Positions 49,598-62,754 of a stretch of DNA of 64,000 nt are shown here, one piece after another. The stretch covers positions 62,001 to 126,000 of the forward strand of contig JAHBMJ010000179.1 in assembly GCA_018398765.1 (NCBI GenBank), in the 5' to 3' direction. The notes under the pieces were generated by a model. That model did not search any database. It was not told the origin of the DNA and saw only the letters and a program-made list of their open reading frames with translations. Each line of letters starts with the position of its first letter. Within the stretch, counting starts at the first letter, position 1. Both the position numbers and the translations under genes were made by a program. This DNA comes from Chromera velia (Eukaryota).

Positions 49598-52500
49598 ATG
49601 AGCACCATGTACGACCCACTCGGGTGGCAGTCCGACCACATGCCGCAGACAGCCCCCTTCTCTGACCACTCCAGCAGCGAAACAGGAGGGAATGCACTCC
49701 CCTCCCAAAGCGATTCTTCAGTTCTACATGCTTCTTCTCTCAACCTTGATGAGGGGACGGGGGCAGCTGCAGTTTCCCTCTCTTTCAACTTCGACAGAGA
49801 AGAAGACAGCCAGGCCCTCGACCTCCATGCACATGCGACTGCGGGTGCATTCCCGTACTTCTCCCAAAACGACGTCAGTGCACGTGTCGACCACCGTCAC
49901 GACAGCTGCAGAAACCTCCACGCAGACTGCCATGCAGATTGCGAGGACGAAGTCAAGAGAACAGAAACCAAGGACACAGACGGAAACACAGAGCCTCTTA
50001 CCTGGCAGTCTGTTCTTCTGGCTGCTGGTGCCTCCTCCTCCCCCTCCCGACCTCCTGCAGGGGGAGGGGGAGGGGATGCCGGGGCCTCCGTCGGAGAGGA
50101 TCGGAGAGGTCTGGTGGGGTTGAAGCATGTCGGCAAATTGCCGCAGGTCAGTTGCGTGCATGCATCCATGTCCATCTGCTACATGCGTATGCATACATGC
50201 GTGTATGCGGTGGAGAATTGTTCGTCGCCCGCGAAAATCTATTATCTGCACGACTTGCGAAAGTGAGAAAGCAGGCAGCCAAAAATGTGTGCGGAGAGCT
50301 TCCACCAGGAACGGAGTTGGATGGAAAGACGGACGCAATCGTTTGCATGGAGTGAAAGAAAAGAATCGTCCATCCATCCTTCCTTGCATGTAGGCAGAAA
50401 GACTCGATCAATAAGTGACTTCTTGGCTAGAAAGACTGCCGGTACAGTCCAAAGTAAAGCAGAGGGAGAAGAAGCGAAAGATGTATCATGTCAGATCTTC
50501 GTTTTCATAATAAAATCTGAGTATGTTCCCGCACGCTTTCATTCCTGCAGCCTTTGAAGACACGCGCGATGCCCGTCTCCTTCTCGCCCATCATCGCGCC
50601 TTCCCCCCTCTTTTCTGGTTCCAGTCTTGTGTCTGGGTCTGTCCCCAACTCCAACGCGAACAACCCAAACGTCTCCGTCTCCCCCTTCTCTCCGAAGGCC
50701 GCCTTCGGGGGCTTCTGCCCATCCGACCAGAGCAACAGGGCCGCGGGGCAAGAGACCGGAGTCGGAGGGAACTTCTCAGGCTCGGCCTACGACTTCCCGA
50801 ACTCAGTCGCCGCCTCTGCTTCACCGCACAGGGGGGGCAGCTCTCCCGGATGCGCTCCGAACGACCTCCGGCTCTCTCTCGCATGCGAAATCTGCGGAGT
50901 GCCAACACCTGTCACCGAGACTGTGGCAGTGCGCGCGTGTGCACAGGGCCCCCGATGCGCCCGCAAACTTGTCAACGAACTCGAAACGTTGAGGAAGGAG
51001 CATGGCAGGGTGGGTAAGTGATCTTCCTCTCTCCCTGCCTCCCTCTTCGTCTCCCTTCTCTCTCTCTTGCTTGATCCTACCCGCTGATTGAGTGCGCACT
51101 TCCTTGCTTCGTTGGGGATTCTGTCGTGTAATCTATGTTGGAGGAAATGGCTCGATCAGGAAACAAGGGGACAAACTTCTGCATGTATTTGTGCATAGAG
51201 GGATCTGGGGACTGTCACACCCTTTATTGCTCTGGGGGCTTGGTATTCCGATCTCTTGGGTCATTTTCTTCTTCTGCTTCTTTGTTCAGCTCCAGTCACA
51301 TCCCCTTGGAGTCGAAAATTGCGCATCAATCTCTTCTCCCGCATCTGTCGTGGGGGTCTCTCTTTTCTTTCTTCTTCTTGACAGATTCGGTTCAAAGAAG
51401 ACTTAAAGGCAATAGAACAGCGTGGAGTACATGTTGCGCAAAAATCGTTGATTGATTCCTTCCTTCTTTCCTACTTTCCTACTTTCCCTCTCTCCCTCCT
51501 TCACTCATGTATTCATTTAATTCCTGATTCACTCATTCATTCATTTCTTCCCTACCTCGATCCCTGCCTGCAGCTCCAGAACAGGTACGCCACAGCCCTG
51601 GAGCAGGCTCTCAGGCTGCAAGAGACTCTCCAAAGGCAGGAGAGAGACATCGAGAGGGAACGCCAAAGAGCCGCACAGGCAGAAAAGACCCTCGAGAAGG
51701 AAAGGGAAAACTTCCTCCTGGCAGCCCAACAACAACAACAACAGCAGCAGAAAGAAAGGAAGAGGCTCAGAGGCACCTCCCGCACCTCCTCAGCCTCCTC
51801 TGATCCAGTAAGTGGGGGCAGTGCGGCTGACGGGGAGAAAGAGAACTCGGTCCCTCCAGGACCAGCAAGGGACAGCAGAGAGAGGGGGGAATCAAAAGAG
51901 AATAAGGACAGAGAGAGGGAGAGGGAGAGGGAGAGAGGAGAAGCACCCAGAGATGGAAACGGCAGGCCCCGGCATCCCATTGCTTCTTTCAGATTCCCCA
52001 CAAAGCCCTCTGCCCCCACACCAACCACTGAAACCAAAGTAGAGTCGAACACAAACCCTCCTTCTGGACCTGCCAAGGTGTCCCCTCCCTCTTCAGACAC
52101 CAGCCAGGCAAACATTCAAGACACTGCCGAGCGCACTGTCTCTCCTGCCCCCACTGAGGCTTCAGCCTCTGCCCCCAGCACATCCCCAGCTTCTCAAGCC
52201 GACCAGACAACGGCGCCCCCTTCCCAGCAAGAGAACGTCGAGACCCCTCTCTGTGAGGAAACAACTGCAGAGACAGAGGAGACTGAAACCTCTCCAGCCT
52301 CCCACGACAAGGGATCGTCAAAAGAGAAATCAGCAGACTCAACAGAAAAGGACGGGAAGGACAAGGCACTTCTCACACCCGACCCCAATGAAAATCCCTA
52401 CGAGGCAACAGGGGCTGGCTACTTTTGCCAGGGGTGGATGACTCCCAAAGACCTCCTGCCTGACGCACGCAGATTCCGATCCTGCACCACTCCATGTGCA

Positions 52501-53301
52501 ATGGGCGTGGGCAATCACCTGCGTTGCAAGTGGAGACACAACTGTTTCTACGCCCACTACTTCTTTGAGTTGCAGCACTACGAGGCATTCCGCACTCGAA
52601 TGTGTGAGGCCTTCGTATCGACAGGGTCCTGTGTGTATGGGGACACCTGCGTGTTTGCACACTCGCAGAACGGACAGAGGGACAGGGACAGAGACCGCGG
52701 AGAAAGAGGAGAGAAGGACCAACCCGAGAAGGAGAGGGGGCAGTTTGGTCTCCACGCTGCTGTGGAGAGGGAGAGAGAGAAGATGAGGGAAGAGTACCGA
52801 GAGAGGGACACCAGAGGGAACTCAAACACAAACACAACAAAAGGACCCTCCCGTCCTTCCGCAACCAGACTCCAGCCTGTCCCCTTTACCTCTCCGTCTG
52901 CAACCAGCAACAGCAACAGAGGCGACAGGTACCAAGAGAAAGAGAGGGAAAGTCAGAGAGACAAGGAAAGAGACCGTGAGGTGATTGGTAATGTGAGGGG
53001 AGGGGGGGCTGTGCGTCCCAGAGGAGCCGCCCGTTTCGGGTCCTCTACCGACCCCGCTTCTTCTCTTTCCGGTGACTCTTCCTTTGTCTCACGCACCCAT
53101 CTTCAGCCCAGACGCCAGGAGGGTTCCTCATCCCAAGAGAAGAGCGGAGGAGGCAAGCAAACCACAGGGGGGGCAGGGCAGGCAGACACAGAAGCAGCCC
53201 ACGAGAAGACCTCTTCTTCCGCCACCGGACAGGAGAAGGGGACATCACGTCGGAGTCCCCCTGTGGATGTGACGGATGCTTCTCAGTTTCCGTCGCTGTG
53301 A
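49598..53301 (+). CDS. Tandem CCCH zinc-finger (TIS11/TTP-like) RNA-binding protein with coiled coil, 3 exons
   Basis: Exons 49598-50146, 50551-51009 and 51574-53301 join in phase 0. Fingers CAMGVGNHLRCKWRHNCFYAH..EL and FRTRMCEAFVSTGSCVYGDTCVFAH. Confidence 0.88.
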
Positions 53302-55994
53302 AGGAAGTGAACAAGGAGACAGAGAGGGAAAAGAGGAGCTCGCTCTGGTTTCCTCTCCCTCTCAGAAAGAAGAAGATGAAGAAATGAAAGATGAAAAAGG
53401 AGACATGAACGCGTGTCTCTGCAGAAGTTCATGGATGGGGAAATTTAATTGGAACGAAGAAAAGGAGAGGAAAGGAATTCAATGCATGCATCGAGTGCAT
53501 GGTACGTGAAGTTCTTCTGCACCCATCCATCGTCATGAACGAATCGCACTGTGCGCATCAATGAAGAGCCCATCGCATGATTCTCTTTTTTTTTCTCCGT
53601 CTCTTTTTCCTTTCTTTCTGTGTTCCTTTCCGGACGACGGATGAATCAAACAAAATCAATCGAAGAAGACCTCGAGAGAGCATGGTCAGTACCCGATCAA
53701 ACAGATTGAATGAGAAAGATTCGATCTGTATGAGAGAGTCCTTGTAGTACCGTAAGAAGAAAGAAAAAAAGGAGCTGGGTGTATCTTGGGCTGGCTGTCT
53801 CTGTCTACGTCCTTTCAGTTTTTTCTCTTCTCTCTCATCGTCGTGAGAGGGGAGAAAACGAGGGTGAGCGACAAGAAGCCGAGTCGATGGATTGTTCGGC
53901 TGCATGGCTCGTGTGTTACTGGCTGAAGTCGACCTCACCACAGGAGGGAGACAGGATTCCAAATGCACAGCAGAGCCGAACCGAGCAAAATCAATCAGAA
54001 GAAAGACCGGCCCACATGCACTCGAGCGAGCAGCTTCTCTTTCCGCAACCGAATGCCATCGATTATTTTTATTCATTCATTCATTAACTCATTCATTCAT
54101 TCACATACGAATTGAAACCTGAACAGTTTGTCCCTCGATAACAGTAGGATCAAATGAAAAAGGAACACCAACTCCTGCAGGATTACTTGCACGGGGTTTG
54201 AAGGGACTTTCTTGTCATCGGGTGAGGGCTTTGGGGGGAAAGAGGCAGTGCAGGGATCATCGAAACAATGTAGTCGCCAAAGGACCATGCAGAATGAAGT
54301 TTTCTTCCAACTTGCTAAAGGGAGCCTTCAGAAGACTTTCCGAAGAAAGAAAGGAAGAGAAAGGGGAAATCCGCCTGGAAGTGAGATTCGAACAGGAAAA
54401 GACGAAAACAGAAAAGAGGACTCACCCAGAGGGGAAAGGGAAAGAACGATTGTTTGGGAAGAAGTCTCAAAGCCTGAATTGTAAATGTACACTTGCACAC
54501 GGTCAGCCATTCGTCTGTCTTTCCGTCTTACAGTCGAGCTTTAGCAGAAGGACAGAAAGAAATGAACGGGAGCAGAATACGTAGGCACTGTAAGGAAAGG
54601 AAAGGCGGAAGGGACACGAAAAGTCGAAATAAACAAGCGGCAGATCAAAACAAGGGAAGGTTGGGTGCAGTCGTCAATCAGCATGACGTCCCGTCGTTCA
54701 GTACACCCAGACGATCCCTCTCACCACAGCAACAAACCCCCTTTGCTCATTTTCTTTCCTTCTTTCTTGTCCCCTGTTGCCGCTTCTTTTCGATCTTCAG
54801 GTACATGCGTGTAGCGTTTATCTGGCTGAAAGCAGGAGAAAGATACTTTGAATTCGTGAAGAAAGAGACGAAGCGTCAAACTTACAAACATTGTCTGTGC
54901 GACAGAGGCATCTACTGTCTCTCTCAGGACAGGAAAAGGGCAAGGGGCAGGGGGGGGATGGGATACGATCCAGTCTGTTTGCCTGCAAAGAGGAGCAAAT
55001 GGTAATAAAAGTGATGAAGTGGAAGAGTGATGGTCAAAGAGAAGAAACAAAAACAGAACAGGAAGCCCTCCTCTCCAAACTCGCAGGCGAGCAGGCGTCT
55101 GAAGAAAGAAAAGCAGGACAACGTCGGTCGGTCTTTTTGAACAAGCAAACGCAGAGAAAGATTGTACTGAAAATGTGTATCCAAAGGCTTTTTTCTTTCT
55201 TTCTTTCCTTTCTCTCTCTCTTCCCTCTCTCTGCTCCTCACTCATCTTTGCTGCCTCGATCTTCCTTCCGTCTATCCCTTTGGAACCCCCCCCCTCGACA
55301 GTTCCTCCCTCCCTCCCTCCGTCTCTGACTCTTTCGAAAACCCTCCATCTCGTCTCCCTCGCTTCCCTCCCTCCCCGTCTCTTACCGAATGAGTGCCAGC
55401 AAGCCAGCAAGCCAGTTTGTTCTCCTGTCGGAGGACTGATTTGATCAAAACGGAGGTGCAAGAAAGGAAAGGAAACAGGACTGACACTGACTGCCTCTTT
55501 CCTTCGAAACCACGGCCTCCACACAGCACCAGCACCACATCTACCACCTGACTTCGAGCACTGATCTCGTTCCTTAGCTGTTTAAGGGAAGAAAACAACA
55601 ACATAAGAAAGAAAAAGCTGATGAAACCAACACAAGATCAAGTGAAGAACGAAAAACATCTTTGTACTTCTCTCTCAAACATGCGCCACGTCCCTCCTTT
55701 GCACACGGGAACTCTGCTCTTCTCTCATTCATTCGGTGTGTCAGTCGACTGTTCGATCTCTCGGAAAGTTTGACTGTCCAACAGACCTGTTCGAACCTGA
55801 CGGGGGGACCAGAGGGAGCCAGAAGAAAAAGAAGAAAAAAGGAGCGGAAGCTGGAAGAAAGACAACCTCGCTGCAACCCTGCAATGCCGTTCATTCCTGA
55901 CACGTGAAATCGAATCGGTTTATCTCATATGGAGAAGCTCTGCATCTCCTCTGCATGTCTGTGCACGTGTGGGTGCAGGGTGCGTGAATTTGTC

Positions 55995-56033
<39 letters not shown>

Positions 56034-57163
56034 CCGCTTCTCTCTGAGGTAGAAGTCCTGGAGATCCAATTAAGAATCTTACCGACTCCCTATTTAACGA
56101 ATCAAACCAACCCCTTTCAAAATGTAAGCAGACAAAGAGACAGACGCAATCACAGGCGAATGAAAATCATCGCTGCAGGCAAACGGAGCATGGCAGTTTT
56201 CTTGCAACCAGATAGGAACACAATGGAAGGAGATGCGTGCGCGTATGTATGGGTATGGGTAGACAGGGCCCGACATTGTCCTCCGGGAAGATGAAGGAAG
56301 ATGCACCAGTCAACTTAATTCCCTTCGTACAGTCACGATGGATTCTTCCTTTGCTCCCTTTCTCTGATAGCTCGAATCTTTGCTTGCATTCCTACATGCC
56401 CAGCAGCCCAGCGGGATGTTCCCTTTCCACGTGGGAGGGAATGAATAAGAAAATGAAGATCAAAAGGAACTTTGAATGATGGAAGAGAAAATCGAAGCTT
56501 CAAGCTCGGACCAAGAACAGGTTTGTCGTTCGACATTCTTGCCATCGATTCTCAAGTGACTCAATTCGTCCATCTTTTCAAGCACATCATGCAGTCAAGA
56601 GTCATTCGCTTCGATCGATTATAAATAAAACGAAAACAGCCCTCTGACAAACTGTATGATTAAAATTTACAAATGATTTTTCTGTTTATATGCTGAAACA
56701 CTTAAATCAATCTAGGAATCAATTGACCGTTATCCAAGTCGCCACTAGAGTCGCTATTATTTCAAATTTATATATCATCATCATATATAATGATATAACT
56801 TGAATATAGAAGTTGAAAGATAAACTATATAATATTCTTTCCTAGATACTTTCAAACTGTAAGGAGTCTGAGAATGAACTTGAAACGTGTTATAATACCC
56901 CTTAAGCTAGCTCCTATTATATTAAAGGTTTTCAAGCAAATTTCATCATAAATATCATCAGCATCATGTCATCATGATACGCCATCGATCGCTATCGGCA
57001 TATATATAGCCACTGGCCTAATTTTATAAGTTTTTAGCGCTTAAGTCGGTTTGACGGCAATATATGAAGCAGTTTCGTTTCTATAACAGTGTTTCAATTA
57101 TCTATAGCATAATTATTAGCATTTTATTCAAATTACTCTGAATAATCTCTAACAACAGGTAAT

Positions 57164-57204
<41 letters not shown>

Positions 57205-57705
57205 TATATATATTTACTAGTATATTTAGGGTCAATTTTAAGTACATAGATCTAGAGGTTGATTCAGTTACTAGTTCAGTCATCATTATTAATCTCCATT
57301 ACTTGTAGTGGTAGTATGAGCCTGAGCTAGCTATAGCTAGAGCTGTAGTGGCTAGTATAGTCTGTATAATAATTAATCATGCAACGCATTCAGTAGCGCA
57401 CTCATGATTTCATATATGAAGCAGTATGCATCCCTAGATGCATTCCTAAAGCGATACCCTCTTCTTCACTTCTTCAAGTTCAAGTTATTATATGCAATTG
57501 CAAAGTTCGTCAGTAAAACAAGCGATTTTGACCCAGACAATGCATATACGAAAAAAAGACTTCCAAATAGTTTTGAGCACAATTTTGAAACGACCTGGCT
57601 GTGCCGCGTCCTATATGTAAGGTCACGATTGCAAGCCACATGCATCCAGTCGAGCACCGTAGCATGGAAAGTATGTATACACAGAAGAACATGACTTCAG
57701 GGGAA

Positions 57706-59468
57706 TCAAGCACCGGTACACCATTGGGCAGGGGGCTGCGAAGTATACCTCCTTGCTTTGTACAATCGTCTGGCCGCTGCTTCCATTCCACTCACGTCCA
57801 TGCGTCCGTCTTCTGTCTCCTTTTCAATGCGGTCCCAGTCTTTTCCTTGCACCTGGTCGTACACCTCCTTCAGCTGTTGGACTGAAGGAGTGATCCATCG
57901 GAAGTCTGCAGGAGAGACCTCAAAGCCCTGGAGCTTCCGTGCATTCATCTGGTCTCTCAACTGTGGATTGCTGAGATCTTCAAAGCCTCTGGGAATAAAG
58001 GGCTTGGTAAAGAAATCCAGGGCCCCGCGCTGGATCTTCGCAGTCAGGGAGGGAAACGCAACGACCTTCAACTGCTTCTTTGCAAGACCTGTCGCGGCTT
58101 CCATGGCGGCCATGTGCAGGTCGATTGAGTGTTGGGACTTGACGTATCTGATCTGGTCGAGAGTGTAGTTGGCAGCGTGGGCAGACATCGTGTTCAGTGG
58201 TCCTGCAACGACATCAACGAACCTGGTGCCAAAAAGGAGCTGTTGCACACTGTCCGCCATTTGAGGTACTACGCCTCCGAGACTTGCCTCACAACTCTTC
58301 AACAGTGCCGCCATGGCCTTCACGGCTTCCGCCGCTTGAGCGGCTGCTGGTGCAGAACTGAAGCACCTCGCCATGTACTGCCCCGGAGAAGACCAAAAAG
58401 AGCATGACACTGCAGCCTCCTGAGCAGCCTGGTTAGAGAGCTGCTCCGAGAGCTTCACACACACGACTCTCAGGCCACTGATAGCAAAGCGCGCAGTATT
58501 GACCCACGTGACTGCAACACCCGCGTTGTGGAGCGTCCACTTGACAACGTGTCCCACAGTGACAGGTGCGTTGACGTTGATGTCAACAAGGTAGCACCTT
58601 CTAGAGATTTTCCTGTGAAAAAGACAGTTGATCACGTTTGGAAGCCCGAAGTACTGCACCACACGGTTGTCGACTAAATCTCGATAAGCGTGAAGACAAC
58701 TTTCGATCTCTGAACTGAGAGGGAACCCCGGGGACTCCCAAGAAGTCACATTCCAGAGTTGGCCCTCAAGTTCTGCAGCTCTGGGGGACACACGGCTCTT
58801 TTCGTACAGATCCAGACAGAAAGCGTTCTCCACAGTAGCAGCACCAAGAGAATGTCCTGTGAGATACCAGGAGAAATCAGGCCAGTGCCGTTCGCAAAAC
58901 GCCATCGTGTCCTTCACTGCTTGAACGTATCCAGGGAAGAAACGTTGGTAGTCGTTCCGAATCCTGCATACAGACAGGGACAGGTCAGCCATCCACCAGC
59001 TTGCTGGATTGAAGATACATGTACACATTTTCCCTCGGCAAATTGTGTGTTCAAACAGCTTTTCGAAAGAGAGGATCAGTCTGCTCACCTTGCTCGAAGG
59101 AGCCTCCAGTCCTCAACAAGATCTCCCAGCTTGTCTGCGTCAGTTCCCCGAACGGCCATAACCAACACTCGTTTCTTCTTGTTCAAGTAAACGTCAATAC
59201 AGAATGCTTGGACGCCATCCTCAGAGGCAGATGAGGCGATGCGTTTTTGCAAGTAGAACCCTTTTGGCATTGGTTTACTGCAGATGGGATGGTAGGTCAG
59301 TGCAGCAAGCTGGCATTGAACGAAAGGCGAAACGCGACAGCTGGGTGATGTATCAGCGGCGCGGCAGAGAGATCGTAGCAGGTCTTCAAAGGCAGGGGAG
59401 CTCAACAAAGTCGCAAATAGCACCAGCAACCCTGTTGACATGAAAAGCAGAGTGAAAAGGAGAAACAT
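57706..59468 (-). CDS. Class-3 lipase-like alpha/beta hydrolase with an N-terminal hydrophobic leader, 2 coding exons
   Basis: Exons 59468 (or 59441)-59089 and 58963-57706. Motifs: LAALTY, VMAVRGT, DLVEDW, TGHSLGAA (nucleophile elbow), SWESPG, PNVIN and a late HSI. Confidence 0.88.
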
Positions 59469-60108
59469 GCTTCCAAAGGTCAAGTTTCCCTGAAACAAAA
59501 GTCAAACCTTTACCTTTACCTATTCTATATTACCAATCAATACAGGGAGAAGAAGTAGGAGCTCCTGAATGCTCGTGATTGAACGGTTCTGCTGGGATGA
59601 TGCCAAATCGCGCGGCCCTCAATTAATCATCCATCCGTGCAACTGCAACACATGCAAGTGAACCCAACCCCATGCATGCGTGAATAAAGAAGGGAGGTTG
59701 ACGCACGCAGGTTGCGATCCTGCGTGCGAGCAGTAAAAAAAAGCGAAATTATTTGGATAGACCCCCGAGAGACCTTTTCACGTAAGTGCCCCACATAATA
59801 CATTTGCCTTTCCGGGGTAAAGTGGGTGCAGCAAAATGCGCTTACATGCGCACCGCGCGTTGCAAATGCAACACCTAAAACCCAACCCCACGCTATAATT
59901 TCCTGTGGCTACATATATATATACATCGATCTGTAAGCAGAGCTCTCTCGAAGACGCTGTGGCTTTTGAAGATGCTCAGTGTGGCTTCATTGATTCACCT
60001 TTCGTCGGACAAAGACTCTTCTATATCGACGCCTCCTTTTTCTCTTCTACTTTGGTAAGCATATACAATCACCTGTGAGATTGCGCATATACATCTTCAA
60101 AAGTCACG

Positions 60109-62754
60109 ATGGCTTTGACAGACCACCAAGTGTTGCAGTATTTGCTGGCGTCGTACGAGCCAAGGCCGGACGCCTGTCGCAAAGGTGTGGTCACGTGGGT
60201 TGGTAACACTGGCGCTGGGAAGAGCACGGGTGTTGCTGTACAGACCGGTGCGACTTTTCGCAGAGACTCCGAGGGACGGCTCGTCCTTCATTCCAATGTG
60301 AGGACGCCTCGTACGTCCCAGTGCCTGGAGTCTCAGACCCTCCATCCAGCCACTTTCCCCGACTACAAGGACCCCCAATTCGTGCATGTTGATACAGGTG
60401 GATACTTCGATACTCGCGGCCCCCTCTACGCGACGTGGACAGCGCAATCTGTCGCGGGGGTTGTAGCTTCTTCGAAGGTGTTGCAGTGTGTTGTTGCAAC
60501 AGTCTCCTACACCAACTGCTTTCCCTCTAGTCGAGCTCCTCCTGCCGTTATTCACTCCTGGGCTGACTTTGCGGCACAGATGCAGACGACTTTTCCCTCC
60601 CATCTGGTGTCTTCTGACTCCATGATCTACTTCGTGTCGAAGGCTTTCGACATGGACATGATGGCTACTGTCAGCCGAGAGCGGCTGAACAAGGACATCG
60701 ATGACTACATCGCGTTCGCCAAGAAGAGCATCTCGGAATGCGGGGCCCGACTTCGACAGACGCATCCCAAGCAGGCTGCTGCTGTGCGTAGTGCTTTGGG
60801 TGAAATCCGTGGGGCCCTCACGGATGTCGTTGCAATTGGGGGGCAGCAGGATGAGGACGAGGACCTGGACAACCATATCAAGAACGCGCTCACTGGGGTT
60901 CATCTTCAGAACGTGCCGCGCGACAACGAGGACATGGCCATGCTCCACAAAATCCAGGGTGGGGTGCGGGAGATCATCAGATTTCGCGAGTGCCTCATGA
61001 AAGGACGTGTGGTTCTCAGCGACCCGTCCACGTTCCTCGTCCCGGAGGGTTGCAAGAAGCAAAGGGAGAAGGTTGGCCACCTGGTCGCGCGCTCCATGCC
61101 TCTGAACGGACCTCGCCTGACTGCGGCTGTTTCCCAGGGGCATGGGGTCGAGTTTGCCGATCTTCTGGTGCTAGCAGCACAACAGTACACTGAGCCCCTG
61201 AAGGATTTGTCCAACGTTGCTGCTGAGGTGAAAACAGAGATCGAGAACAAAGAGACCCTCCTCAGAAGGCTGGAGGCAGACTGGAGGGGCGTGAAGGAAG
61301 AGAGACTGAAAGCGCTGAGAGAGGAGTTTAAGCAAGCCGATGCTGACATGATCAGGATCGAGAAACGAATTGAACACCTCAGGTCAGCTGAGAACGAGTC
61401 GGTCGATCTTTTTTTTTTTCGGTTATTTCTTCCACAGTTGAAGCCTCCTTGGATGCTCTTCAAAGTTCTGACTTTCCCGATGGACCTTCTGTGTTCTCTC
61501 AGTGACCTCTGTGCACTTTATTTTGCTACCTTCTCTGCTGAATTTCTCTGCGCCCCCCCTCTGCCTTCGTGCAGAACTTCCGAAAGGCATGTGGTCATCA
61601 CAGAGGAACAGATTCACAAGCTCAACACTGGATGGCAGTGGTTTTGGGGTGTTCCTGTCACGCACTCGGCCACAAGCGGGAGAGACATTCCGATCTTTAC
61701 CTACCGGTACGAGCAAGAGGGTGGCGACGTTGTCAGCGCCGAGCACACGTATGAGAGAGACTACCGGAAGTTGACTGTCGATGTGTCGGCCAAGTGGGAG
61801 ATCAAGGGAACGGTGAAGGTGATTGCCCTCGAGAAGGACACCCCCGTCGCGAAGGAGACTGTGACACATGAAGAGACAAAGCTGGAGCAGCAGAAAACAC
61901 TGTGTCAGGACTTGAGAAGCCGCATTCAAACGCTTCGGGATGCAGGGAACAAGGAAGCAGTTGAGGGAATTCTAGCTGCAGACTTCCAAATGAAGAAAGC
62001 TCGACTGGAAGGCCTGCGTGAGTGGCTTCAGGGGACAGAGGTTTTTCAACGAGAGACAACGTACGAATACTGCCGGCAGAACACCCGAAGGGGACTGGCC
62101 TGTTTCCTGGCCACCATGAGAATGGGGGGTCTTCTCAAGTCCCTCGATCCTTCTGTCGCTGAGACCCTCTCAGAGTTCGAGCGAGTCTCCAGAGAAGCCA
62201 ACGAAAGACTGACGAACCCGACGCTCCGAGGCCTCCTGGGAGATCTGTCTATCGAGGTTGTGAAGGTCGCTCAGGACGTGGAGAAGCCTACCAATCTCCC
62301 CCTGGTAGTTGCCGGTGAGGTTGCTGAGAAGCTCGAGGACCTTCGGTCTTTCGCACAGGATGTGTCAGTCTGGAGTGCGAAGAAGGGGTTCGAGGTGTTC
62401 ATGGGGGTCGTCCACGTTGCGGCCGCCGCAATGGAGCAGCGGCCTCTTGAAACAGGCGTTTTCCTCCTCGCCCTGTCGTTGATGCTCCTGTTCAGGGTCG
62501 TGAACAGCTTCCAGGGCCTCGTGGTGACTCTTGCTTTTCCGTTGGGCTGCGTCTTGACGGTGAGGGCGACGGTGGGTACAACGGGTCGACTTTCCGAGCA
62601 ACTGCAGAATGTGCATCAGGCGCTCTCGAGGTTTTCATTTTGGCGACACTCAGAGACGATGGCGTTGGAGTTCATTGCAGCATTGAAGAGAATGAAATGG
62701 AGTGACGTGATGGAGGGAATTTTTGCTGGACTCTGCGCCAAAAGAAGTGAATGA
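60109..62754 (+). CDS. P-loop GTPase (AIG1/GIMAP/septin-like TRAFAC type) with coiled coils and C-terminal TM helices
   Basis: G1 VGNTGAGKST, G2 SQT, G3 DTGGYFDTRG and a G4-like FVSK. Long coiled-coil segments and a hydrophobic pair TGVFLLALSLMLLF / GLVVTLAFPLGCVL. A probable in-frame intron lies at 61383-61574. Confidence 0.85.
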   Translation: MALTDHQVLQYLLASYEPRPDACRKGVVTWVGNTGAGKSTGVAVQTGATFRRDSEGRLVLHSNVRTPRTSQCLESQTLHPATFPDYKDPQFVHVDTGGYFDTRGPLYATWTAQSVAGVVASSKVLQCVVATVSYTNCFPSSRAPPAVIHSWADFAAQMQTTFPSHLVSSDSMIYFVSKAFDMDMMATVSRERLNKDIDDYIAFAKKSISECGARLRQTHPKQAAAVRSALGEIRGALTDVVAIGGQQDEDEDLDNHIKNALTGVHLQNVPRDNEDMAMLHKIQGGVREIIRFRECLMKGRVVLSDPSTFLVPEGCKKQREKVGHLVARSMPLNGPRLTAAVSQGHGVEFADLLVLAAQQYTEPLKDLSNVAAEVKTEIENKETLLRRLEADWRGVKEERLKALREEFKQADADMIRIEKRIEHLRSAENESVDLFFFRLFLPQLKPPWMLFKVLTFPMDLLCSLSDLCALYFATFSAEFLCAPPLPSCRTSERHVVITEEQIHKLNTGWQWFWGVPVTHSATSGRDIPIFTYRYEQEGGDVVSAEHTYERDYRKLTVDVSAKWEIKGTVKVIALEKDTPVAKETVTHEETKLEQQKTLCQDLRSRIQTLRDAGNKEAVEGILAADFQMKKARLEGLREWLQGTEVFQRETTYEYCRQNTRRGLACFLATMRMGGLLKSLDPSVAETLSEFERVSREANERLTNPTLRGLLGDLSIEVVKVAQDVEKPTNLPLVVAGEVAEKLEDLRSFAQDVSVWSAKKGFEVFMGVVHVAAAAMEQRPLETGVFLLALSLMLLFRVVNSFQGLVVTLAFPLGCVLTVRATVGTTGRLSEQLQNVHQALSRFSFWRHSETMALEFIAALKRMKWSDVMEGIFAGLCAKRSE

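Noticed and set aside
57404..57694. 96-aa plus-strand ORF
   Set aside because: It lies in the lipase 3' flank at the island edge with no recognisable features.
60097..61143. 348-aa minus-strand ORF
   Set aside because: Antisense shadow of the GTPase CDS.
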